Shown one piece after another: positions 1 to 10,863 of a stretch of 64,000 nucleotides of DNA. The notes beneath the pieces were generated by a model. It was not told the DNA's origin and made no database searches. It saw nothing but the letters and a program-made list of their open reading frames with translations. Each line of letters opens with the position of its first letter. The stretch's first letter is position 1. Both the position numbers and the translations under genes were made by a program. The stretch lies in the NCBI GenBank assembly GCA_043228905.1, contig JBHGNT010000011.1:7750001-7814000 (forward strand), in the 5' to 3' direction. This DNA comes from Azolla caroliniana (lineage: Eukaryota; Plantae; Polypodiophyta).

Positions 1-236
1 TTCTGTCGAGTTTCTTGGTGGGAAGAGCACATCCCATTTGAGTATTCATGTTGAATATTCTTCTTCTTTGTGACACAAACTATGTAAGTTGTTGCTATAG
101 CAATCAACCAGTTCTTCGTGAACGTACACTTAGACACAACACACATGAATACGATGGGCTTGGATCAAGCTAGCAAGCGCTCTAATACCATGTAAAGAAT
201 CAGGAGTGATTCTGTGCAGCGGAAGGTGTGTGTATA

Positions 237-302
<66 letters not shown>

Positions 303-588
303 AAAGTTATACGGAAAATAAGAAAAATTGTATTAACAAGAACAAGAATGAACCAACAGTTACAAGGAGAAGGAGAGAGGTGCTTATGTAGTCACTTTCT
401 CTCTATATTCTCTTTCTACAACCGCTACTTACTAAAGAGAGATGGAGACTTAACTACACTAAATATGTGTTATAGAACTTTAAGGTTCTATGACACACTA
501 GTTACTATACTAGGAGGTGGGGTGTTCACACACTTGAGTATACTAAGGTGTGTTCCCACACTAGGGAAGTTGAGTTTGATTCTCAACA
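1..588 (-). mobile_element. Ty1/copia 5' end: 5' LTR (191-588), tRNA-iMet-type PBS (179-190) and gag start running off the window
   Basis: TG...CA bounded LTR. Minus-strand TGGTATTAGAGC lies directly after the LTR. Minus-strand translation MGCALPTKKLDR is homologous to the gag start MASSLPTENLER at 1590. Confidence 0.8.
248..300. repeat. (GA)n microsatellite inside a copia LTR
   Basis: Pure AG dinucleotide run preceded by (TG)n; the source of the spurious RERERE ORFs. Confidence 0.95.
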
Positions 589-593
589 AGATA

Positions 594-1888
594 TGATGAA
601 TTTCTTGTGTGGAAATAAATAGGTGGAAGAACGGGATGAAGAAATAGAACAAGATGTATATGCGACACATAATTATGTTTATGAAGCCTTATTCAACGAT
701 TCACTTAGAAGTACAAAAATGGAACTTGGGGTCGATAAAAAAAGCTTTGATCACACACTCATTGAATTAAAATGACGAGAATTACGAGGGACGGTTCAGA
801 AGATGCAACGATGAGTATCTCTAAAGCTTCATACCCTAAAATCGAATTAACAAAAACAAAGAAGGATGAGAAACTTAGATGTAGTTTGGGCGATGAAATG
901 AATACCATATTTGAAGCTTCACATCTAAATGCATTTTGACTTGCCCAACCATGTGAAGAGGTGGAAGCCAAGGAAGTTGTTGAGCAAACAAGCTCAACTT
1001 GATCTGAATCGGTTGAATAAGCAAGAGCCGTATTGTAATCCGGAACGAAGAACCGGATCAGTGTTCGGATTGGTATCCGGAATGAAGAGCCGAAGCGGCA
1101 TCCGGAACCAAGAGCTGGATCGGTATCCGGACCAGTATGTAACCGGTAAGCCGTTAGAGGCCTATGGTCCTAGCCTATTAGATAGGCATATATTTTGGGA
1201 GTTTGTGTCATGGCTCAATACGAGCATTGAAGTACTTGTCAATACTTTTGTTAGTCCTTTTAAGGACTTGTATAAAAGTGCTCACATAGCATATTGTATG
1301 TACAGAGTGTTTACATAGTATTTTGAATACAGTTTTTGTGTGTTATGCTCTCTCTATCTCTCCCGCGTACTCTCTGTATGTTTCAAGCTTTCCATTAAAC
1401 CTGCATATATTTTTTTCTTGGTATCCAGTGAAGCCAGTTGGTGTATATACACTTCCACGTGATAACTTCTACATGGTATCAAAGTGCAAGGGTTGAGAAT
1501 CCTCTTCTACCGACAGAAAGAGCTTAGACAGACCAAGACCTAGCTTTCGGTAAAGAACAGAAAGAAAGAAGGAAAGAATGCACATTAGCATGGCAAGCTC
1601 GCTTCCTACCGAAAATCTCGAACGAAGCAACTACGCATCTGGGTCGTACAAGATGCACCAATACATGTTGGGACACGACTACTGGAGTTATGTAGAGGAA
1701 GCAAATGAAGTAGCATCAGAACCGACACACAAGAACTTCTTGGTATGGGAACACAGAGGAAGCAGATTGTTGTACTGCCTCGTGTTTTGTGTGCATGACC
1801 AGATGCTGGGCTACATTAGAGATGCAAAAACGCTGAAGGAAGCCTGGGAAAATCTTTAAAAAAATTTCGTTGCTAGTACCACGGCCCA
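594..1888 (+). mobile_element. Truncated Ty1/copia 5' end: LTR ending 1473 (start uncertain), PBS 1474-1485, gag N-terminus 1578-1888
   Basis: ...CTACA followed by TGGTATCAAAG. ORF MASSLPTENLERSNYAS..YKMHQY...KEAWENL is a copia gag N-terminus. The sequence switches abruptly to gypsy pol at about 1889. Confidence 0.7.
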
Positions 1889-2613
1889 ATGACTCGAGCA
1901 TTTTGAACACCTATGCCTTTGCTTAGACAAGCGAATGTTATGCTACTTGGACGATTTCACGACACCACTACATGCGACAATACACTACACACCGTTTCAA
2001 TGGACTCCTAATCAGGACACGACATACCAAGCCTTGAAAATCATGTTATCATAGGTACGCATAGTCCAAACCATAGTACGTACCATAGGTGCATTCACAT
2101 TCGAGAATGTTTCAATCATTCGCATAAGCAAAACACCCTCAAAGAATGATAAATACCATACTTTTGGATTAACTATTTATTATGAGGTAAATAAGCCTAA
2201 ACAATGGAAAAAACAAAAAAAAACATTTAAAAAAATGGGGAGAAAACCCAAAAAAGAAACATAAGAATGTTTGAATAACATTTGCATTCGTTTTCCAACG
2301 TAGGAAAACGAATGTTATGCGAGACGAACACGAATTTTACGTACTATGGTCCAAACACCGGACTAGACGAAACAATTCCACGTTTTCGTCGACACCTCTG
2401 ACACGACAATTGGCAGTGCATTGATGCAATTGACAACACTAAATTGGTATCAATCGGTATATTGCGCCAACCAGAGACTCTCAGCAACCGAGAAGAATTA
2501 TTCGACCATAGAGAGAGAGGCCCTTGGGATGACCAATAACATTACCAAATTATGGCATTACCTACTCGGTCGAAAATTCACTTTTCACGTAGATTACTTG
2601 GCATTAATTTACT
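1889..2613 (+). pseudogene. Gypsy RT/RNase H remnant (same lineage as the element at 58947-63883), interrupted by a MITE
   Basis: EHFEHLCLCLDK and ATEKNYSTIEREALGM..HYLLGRKFTFHVD align by eye with 62820-63440. Confidence 0.8.
2072..2348. mobile_element. hAT-like non-autonomous element (MITE), 277 bp
   Basis: Perfect 11-bp TIRs CATAGTACGTA (2072-2082) / TACGTACTATG (2338-2348). Perfect 8-bp TSD GTCCAAAC (2064-2071, 2349-2356). Removal restores the gypsy reading IVQTPD. Confidence 0.9.
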
Positions 2614-5600
2614 TGTTAGAATCGACCGGCCACAACTGGTTTCACGTTCGTATACTGGTGCAAAGAAATAAGCGAGATAGATGGATAGATAGAAGAACAA
2701 CAAAACAAAACAAAAAACAGAGACACAATATTTAACGTGGAAAACCTGAAAGGGAAAAACCACGGGAGTCCTCGAACGCCGAACTAGATCACTATAATAC
2801 AACGAGAAGCTCCAAGGCAACAACCTTAAGATTTCCTTCGACTGACAGACAATTGTAGAGTTACTCACTCTCTCTCACTCACACACACTCTCTCTCTCAC
2901 TCTCTCTCACCCTTACACAATTACAGAGGCAACTACCTTCTATGTAACTATACAACAACCTTCACTGCTTACCATAAAGTTTGCCCTAGTTGTATTTCTA
3001 CATATACAAATTTCTGGTTATTTACATACATAGCCCACAAGGGGCACATTTAGAATATTTACATATATGGTCTCCCGATATCGGTTTCGGTTTTCGGTTT
3101 CAACTGAGGCCTATCGGCCTCGACTGAAATACTTATTGACTCATCCGATTCGTTTCATTCTCTTCCCATCCAGAGGAACCTCTTTCCCAACAATCTCCCC
3201 CTTCACTCCGGCATGGGGTATTTATCCAATCAGACTCTTTGTCGACACACGCTTAGCCTCTCCGTCGATAACACCTTCGTCAACATGTCTAACCCATTGT
3301 CGTTCATGTGGATCTTTACTAGAGCAAACTCCTTTTCTTCTACTCGCCCTACATAAGTCATCACGTATCCAGACGTGCATCGATTGGTATCCACATCAGC
3401 CAACATGTCCGAATTAGTATAACCTTCCAATGTGGGGTTACCCGAGCCGAATCGGAGACACACATTCAAGGTGCCTCTCAGTTACCGAAGTATCCACTTG
3501 ACAACAACCCAATGCTCCCTTCCGAGATTGCTCATATATCGGCTAACCACTTCGACTGCATACACGATGTCCGGCCTAGTGCAAACCATTGCATATATCA
3601 GGCTTTCGACTGCCAAGGCATAAGGGACTTTTGACATCTCGGCCTTCTCGGTTTTCGATTTTGGACTATTGCTTCCGGATAACTTATAGTTTGTCGACAG
3701 TGTTGAGCTGACCGGTTTTGCGCTTTCCATGCCGCATCTAGAGCACTTTTGTCATGTACTTCTCCTGTGACAACCATAACATTTTCTTTGTTCAATCCCG
3801 AACAATGTGCATTCCCAGGATTTGTTTTGCCGTACCCATATATTTCATCGAGAACGACCTACTCAAGGCCTTCTTCAAGCTTCCGATTTTACTCGGGTAC
3901 TATCCAACAATCAACATGTCATGAACATACAATAGGAGGATGAGAAAATTTCCTCCATCATAGTTCTTGACAAAGACGCAATGCTCAACTTGTGTCTTGC
4001 CGAAATCGTGATCCACCATGAAAGATTCGATCTTTCGGTACCATTGCTGAGGACCTGCTTGCTTTAGCCCATACAAGCTCTTTCTCAATCAACATATTGG
4101 GTTTTCTTTACCTTTTTCTTTGAATCCTTCCAGTTGGTGCATGTAAATCTCTTCCTCCAAATTTCCATGAAGGAAGGCAGTCTTGACCTCTACTTGCTCG
4201 ACTTCGAGATACATGTTGGCCACTATCCTCAACATTGTTCGGATCAATGTCATCTTTAGGACCGGGGCAAATATTTTGTCGAAGTCTACACCCTTTTTCT
4301 ATTGAAAGCCTTTCATGACAATTCGTGCTTTGTATCTGGGTGGATTCCCGTTTTCTCCCGGATTCAATTTGTATACCCACTTGTTCCGAAGTGCCTTCTT
4401 CCCTTTCGAAAAACTCGGTGATTTCGTATTTGTGGTTCTCATGCAAGGAATCCATCTCCTCTTGCATGGCACTTAACCACTTTCAGTTGTAGGTATCATT
4501 CTTAGCTTCTTCAAAGCTTTCCAGCTCCCCCTCATTAGTTATTAGCGTGCGTTCTTCATTCAGAGATATACAGGGGGGCCTTCTTTCTCTCAGGGGATAT
4601 CTTCAGCCTCCATTCGGCCTCCATTCGGCCTCCATTCGGCCCGGTCAGTTCTTCTTTGACTTCTTCAACCGAGTCAAATTCGGTTCCTCGTTCAGCTGGT
4701 TCCCCTTGTTCTTCAGTCGGTTCTCGATTTTGTCGAGTATTAAATCGGCCGACTGGCTCGGATTCGATTTTGATTGAATCGACTTCTACTCGATTCAGCC
4801 AAGCATCGACTCAGCTTGATTCGGTAGTTGGAGACTTATTCTCAATCTCCCAATCGACAATTGTCTTCTCTTCCATGAGGACGATGTCTTGGCTCCTAAT
4901 CACATTCTTCTCGGCTAAGTCCCAAAGCCGATAGTCGAATTCGTCGTCGTTGTAGCCGAGAAATATACATGGCCGAGATTTCGGGTTTAGCTTCCCCCTC
5001 TGGTCCTTTGCAACATGCACATAGGCAAGACAACTGAACACCCTCAAGTGTCGGTATGAATAATCTTTACCACTTCATACCCTTTGTGGAATATCATCGT
5101 CCAAGGGTACTGAGGGTGACCGGTTTATCACATATGGTGTCGTCATTAGCGCCTCATCCCAAAATGTCTTCGGTAACTTTGCATGTGCAAGCATACTTCA
5201 GACCCTCTCCATTACAGTTCAGTTCATTCTCTCGGCCAAACCGTTCAACTCTAGCATCTTTGGCATGGTATACTCGAACCGGATTTCGGGCACCCGACAA
5301 TACTCTTCGAATGGTCCGCGATACTCTTTGCCATTGTCCTTTCTGACTGTGTTCAATTTTCAGCTGGTTTCCCTCTTGGTCCTCGCTTGGAATTCTTTGA
5401 AGATGGATAGCACCTGATCCTTTGTCTTCAGCACGGAAACCCACAACTTTTGGCTACAATCGTCTATGAAGGTCACGAAATACTGTGAATGAGCATGCGA
5501 CTTTGTATCCACATAGCATACATTGAGATGCACGAGTTCCGGCGGTATTTTCTTCCTCATCGGGGGCCTCGATCAGAAGGAGGTTCGATTTTGCTTGTCG

Positions 5601-5783
5601 GCCAAGCAATCTGTGCACTTCTCAAGTTGCACATTCTTCACCTCTGGAATGAGGTTATCATCGGCAAGTCTTTGCGTCCCCTTCTGGCTCATGTGGCACA
5701 ACTTCTTAAGCCACAACAACTCACCGGTTGTGTCGGTTGTCACGTTTACTTCCCCTCGGCATAATCGAGCATGCATAATGCAT
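2614..5783 (-). mobile_element. Ty1/copia (Tork/Tnt1-like) 3' half: 3' LTR about 2614-3192, PPT, degenerate RNase H/RT/integrase; continues at 22665-22758
   Basis: PPT GAAGGGGGAGAT precedes TGTTGGG on the minus strand. Peptides include ESLIYAMVCTRPDI, KSLYGLKQA, LLYVHDML, KSRPCIFLGY. 22665-22758 is collinear with the copia at 52640-52725. Confidence 0.88.
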
Positions 5784-6473
5784 TGCGAGGAATAGTCTAA
5801 AGAGAAAGAGGGAATTAGTACTAAAAGATGAGCATTAATACTAAGAGGGGTGTAGAACTCTCGGGAGAAGGATAGAGAGAGAGTGAGGGGGAGAGAGAGT
5901 GTGAGAGAGTTTGCCTAGATGGACGTAGCTCAATTGGTAAGGTTGCCCAATACAAGTGGTCATGGGTTCAACCCCTACATTCCACAATGGCATCTAGTGA
6001 AATAATATATATATATATATATATATATTGTAATAGAGAGACGAGAAAATTGGGTTTTGAACCCAAGATGTAGTGCTAGTAGTGTAAACGACTTACCACT
6101 AGGGTAAGCTAATCACGATAAAAGAGAGAGAGAGAGAGAGAGAGACCGAAACCGAGACCGATGATAACAAAAGATATATATTATACAAAGAAAATATAAA
6201 GGAATAGCTAGGAGGCTTAAGACTGGTGCTGAATCAATTTGGTTCTCAATAATGCCATGTGCCTCTTTTTATAGTGGCTTAGGAATACTCTTGACATTTC
6301 TAGAATGTTCCAGAGAAATCTAGAATATACATGGATTTCCTAAGTGAAATAATAAATGGAAATAATATTTTTTATATTACAATGTATAGCTTAAAGGTAA
6401 GGCTTCAACCCATGTGACACAAGGTCATGGCTTCAAATCCTTTTGAAGCCATACCATGCTATATCATGTTACA

Positions 6474-6560
6474 AGTCGTCTTAGATGGAGGACCTGGCTT
6501 GTCGGGAAAGTCCTCAACAAGAGCTCGAGCATTTACCACATTCTCGACTGGTTCCCAAGT
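6474..6560 (-). pseudogene. Chromodomain C-terminal remnant of the chromovirus integrase
   Basis: Minus strand reads TWEPVENVVNARALVEDFPDKPGP, the TWEPxEN chromodomain signature. Confidence 0.75.
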
Positions 6561-6599
6561 ATGAAGTAGCTACTCGAAGGCAACAAGAACTATTAGGAA

Positions 6600-9205
6600 C
6601 ATACAAGAGTTTCTTAAGGAATAGTAATCCATCATGACATTCAAATTGTTGATAGTCCGTACCTAGTTGTTGCGACTATGAACAAGAAGATGCCTGAGAG
6701 GGATCAATTTGTACTAGAATGGCTTGAGCGAAAGTGTATGTCTTCAAGTCTTCATGTATGGTATCGATAATGTGGGAATCCAATGGCGTATCAAAAACCC
6801 ACGTTGCTTGCAGTCGTGCTGGTTCCAAGATTACTTGCTTTTGATTGTCGAATGCTGGCTCGCCAAGACGCGATGCTAGATACGTGCGCCGTGATAACGC
6901 ATCTGCCTTCCCTTGTTGCTTTCCAGGACCATATGTAATTTTGAAGTCGAAACGAGTGAGGAATTGGGCCCATTGAGCTTGACATCGATTTAATACACGA
7001 GCATTCTGGAAGTAAGCAAGATTTTTGTGATCACGGAATATGATGACTTGATGCGAAGATCCCTCAAAAAAATGCCTCCATTGTGTAAAAGAGTCCTCCA
7101 CTATTGCTAATAGCTCCTTGTCATGTATTTCGTAGTTGATTTTGGCGGCGTCAAACTTGCGTGAGTGGAAAGCCACATGATGTAGCTTTTTATCATCGCC
7201 TTGTTGTGAGAGAATGCTACCCAGGACGAAATCTGACGCGTCTGCTCAATGATGACCAGTTTTTTCGGATCAACATGAGCTAGAATAGGAATTGATGTAA
7301 ATGCTTTCTTAAGACTCACAAAAACCGTGTCTGCTTCTTTAGACCAAACAAACGATTGCCCCTTCTTCGTAAGTTGTGTGAGAGGCAGAATAAGGTTTGA
7401 GTTATCTTGTATAAACTTGCAGTAGAAATTGGCGAAGCCTAAAAAGCATCACACATCTCGCAAGGAATGTGGAGTCTACCACTCTACCACAATTTTGACC
7501 TTAGCTAGATCCATAGAGATGCCTTCCGAGGAGATGACATAGCCTAGAAATTCCACCTGGTTACACTCGAAACTACATTTTTCTAGTTTTGCATAAAAAC
7601 CATGTTCTCGAAGTCGTTTTAGTACTAATTGTACATGAGAATCATGTTCTTCTTGAGTCTTTGAATAAACCAGTAGATTATCCAAGTAGATGATCAAACA
7701 AATATCGAAGAGATCTCGGAATATATCATTTGCCATGTGCTGGAAGACTGTTGGCTCACTAGTGAGACCGAATGGCATAACCGTATACTCGAAGTGCCCA
7801 TATGTCGTGCGAAACACGGTCTTCCATTCATCTCTTGGTCAGATCCGTACGAGGTTATATGCTCCTTGTAAGTCGATCTTTGTGAAGAACTTTGTACCAT
7901 TCATCCGTTCTAAAAGACTCGAGATAAGGGGAAGTGCATACCTATTCCTGATGGTGACCTTAGTCAAGCCACGGTAATCTACGATGAGACGAAGTGATCC
8001 ATCCTTTTTCTTGATAAAGATAATGGGTACGCCGGCTGGAGATTTCGAACGTCGAATGAAACCGTTTGCCAAAATCTCCTCCATGTAGGCCCGAAGGACT
8101 TCTAGCTCGGTTGGTGACAAGTTGTAGATCGGTCCCCATGGTGGCTCTTTTCCCAGTTATAAATCAATGGGACAATCATACGGTCGGTGATGAGGAAGCG
8201 TACTGGCTTGTACCTTATCAAACATGTTAGCATAATGACAATACTTATCTGGAAGTTGAACTGTGGATTCCTTTTTAGTGGTGTTGGAAGGTTTTACTAA
8301 TACTGTGAAGACAAACATTGCTTCTTGGCGTCTTTCCTCACGCAATTGATGTAGCGAAATGGTTGCAATCCTATGAGTAGGTCCTTGGGTTTGTTGATAC
8401 CGGATTTCTCTTGTTCTCCAATCTATGTTGGGGTTATGTAATTCGAACTATGGTAACCCCAAGACAATTGGATGATCTGGACTACACACACCAAATTATC
8501 TAGGACAACTTGAATCGGCTCTGACTCTTCTACGATATTCCCAGAAGCAATGGGACGACCATCAATAACTACTACAGATGTTGGGCAAGAAAGGTTTCTT
8601 AGGGATATCTGATGAGATTAGGAAAAATTCTTATCCATGAAGCAAGAGTTGGCTCCAGAATCTAAGAGTGCTAAGACATGTATTGGAGGAGTACTTTTAG
8701 TACTAACCATTACTTGAGCTAAGAACACATTGTTAACTTGGTTAGAGGGAATGGAACTACTAATGGGCTGCATAGATCAAGGGATGTCCAACCAAAAGGC
8801 ACCTATTTTGGCTGGACTTAGTCGTTTAACTCTTCTTCTAATGACTAAGGACTTCAAATTTGTTCGATAGATTTTGGCTATTAGTACTATTAGAACTATC
8901 AGAAATTTCTAATGAAAGAGACTTGGGTTTAGTACAAGCTACTACTTGATTTACCCGTCTTCTAGCCTTATGTGGACAGTTTACTGCGATATGCCCTGAC
9001 CATCCGCAATAGACACATAATCGATTTGCTCGGCGTTGGAGTATTTCCTGGAGATGCATTGTATAACTCCCTTGCAAATGGTTTTGCTGCGACCGAGCAT
9101 ATGTGGGCTCCGAACTAGTCCTTAGCATTTGTAAATTGACATTCCGAACGTTGATCGAAAAGTCGGTTATCGCATCTTACCGCTCGACTGATTGCCTCTA
9201 TGAGC
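6600..9205 (-). pseudogene. Chromovirus gag C-terminus/protease/RT/RNase H, frameshifted; gag N-terminus continues at 21502-22180
   Basis: ORF fragments 6676-7176, 7476-7817, 7839-8120 and 8838-9128 (zinc knuckle CVYCGWSGHIAVNC). Confidence 0.88.
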
Positions 9206-9211
9206 TGTTAC

Positions 9212-10723
9212 ACCATGGAAACGGCAATAGATGAAACGGTGGCACAAGGAGATAAGTGGCTAACTAATATGCACCAGTTTCTGAGTACCGGATTGCCTCC
9301 GGAGGAGATGAACCGGGACGAGAGCAAACGCCTGGCGGTACAGAGCCGACACTTCTGTTTATTACAGGACACGCTATACCACAAAGGTGCAGACGGTATC
9401 TGGCGACGAGCAGTGCGCAACGACGAGAAGGAGGTAATACTACGGGAGGCACACTGCGGAGTCGCTGGAGGCCATTATGCCTTAGATGCGACGGCAAGGA
9501 AAGTATGGCAAAGTGGCCTATGGTGGCCAACCACATTGAAAGATGCAGTCCGATATGTGAAGGAGTGTGATCTATGCCAACGAATGGGTCAGCCAACGGA
9601 ACAAGCTCGGATGCCACACCAACCAGTCCTACCACTAGAACCATTCCAGAAATGGGGGCTGGATTTCGTCGGGCCATTTAAACCACCGACAATCAGAACC
9701 GGCAACCAGTACGTGATCGTCGCAACGGATTACTGCACTAAGTGGGTGGAAGCGAAAACCCTACGAGACAACACCGCGGCGTCAACAATGAAATTCTTAT
9801 ACGAATGCATTTGGTGCTGGTACGAATGCCCCATAGAACTGATAAGCGACCAAGGAGGGCACTTTCTTGGACAGGTGGCAGAAAGTTTGACAACGTTCTA
9901 TGCGGTAGTACATAAAAGAAGCACACTGTTCTATCCACAAGCAAATGGGTTAGTTGAGTCGACGAACAAAACGCTCCAGAATATCCTCTGGAAGATCGTC
10001 AATGAAAATCGGACAGATTGGGACACGAAGCTGCACAGTGCGCTCTGGGCTTACCGGACAACGTACAAAACAAGCATTCGGACAACACCGTTCCGGTTAG
10101 CATTCGGATTGGAGGCAGTCATGCTGGTCGAGTTCTAGGTACCATGCTTACGGATTCAGATTCGGGAACGATTGAACGAAAAGGAATCGAAGGCAATTCG
10201 GTTAAAGGCTCTGTGCGAATTGGAAGAACACCGACTGGCGAGCATTATGCACCTGGAATTGGAACAACGGAGACGGAAAGCATTTGTAGATCGGCACCGG
10301 AAGGGAAACGAAAAAATGTTCGGGACCGGCAAGCCGGTACTCGTGTTCCAGACCCGGATGGGCAAAATGCCAGGTAAACTACGGTTTAGATGGACCGGAC
10401 CGTACTGGATCACACGCAAGTTCAATGGGTCCTACCAGTTGGGGACACTTGCCGGAGAAGTGCTGGGCAAATGGGTCAACCGATTTAGATTAAAACCATA
10501 CAAAGGACCTATGCCTAAGAACCCATTTGAACGAAGGGCCGCCACCGAATCAGACGCCGGCAGGCCAACCATAACGGCAATCGGTGAAGAAGACGGCTAC
10601 CACCAAGCCAGTAAGGAGGAGCATGAGCCGGCAACCGAGGAGAGCAGAACGACGGCAAACCGACAAGAGGCCGGCGAGTTGCACGTTTCGGGCAAAGGTC
10701 CGACAGGACCGGAGAAAAACTAA
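9212..10723 (+). pseudogene. Gypsy integrase (H2C2, DDE, GPY/F) with internal stop
   Basis: EAHCGVAGGH..CDLC, PFQKWGLDFVGPF, ELISDQG, YPQANGLVE, RFRWTGPY. Confidence 0.92.
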
Positions 10724-10863
10724 CCACACAAGTAAGTTTAAAAAAAAAAGAAAAAGAAAAAGAAGAGAATAAAGGAACGAATCAAATAAATCATGGAAAG
10801 GAGTGGTGGAAACGGCCATGCACACGAGGAGTAAAGAGGCACGTCGAAAAGGTACAAGGAGCT

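Noticed and set aside
206-596. ORFs with RERERE tracts
   Set aside because: Translation of a (GA)n microsatellite inside an LTR.
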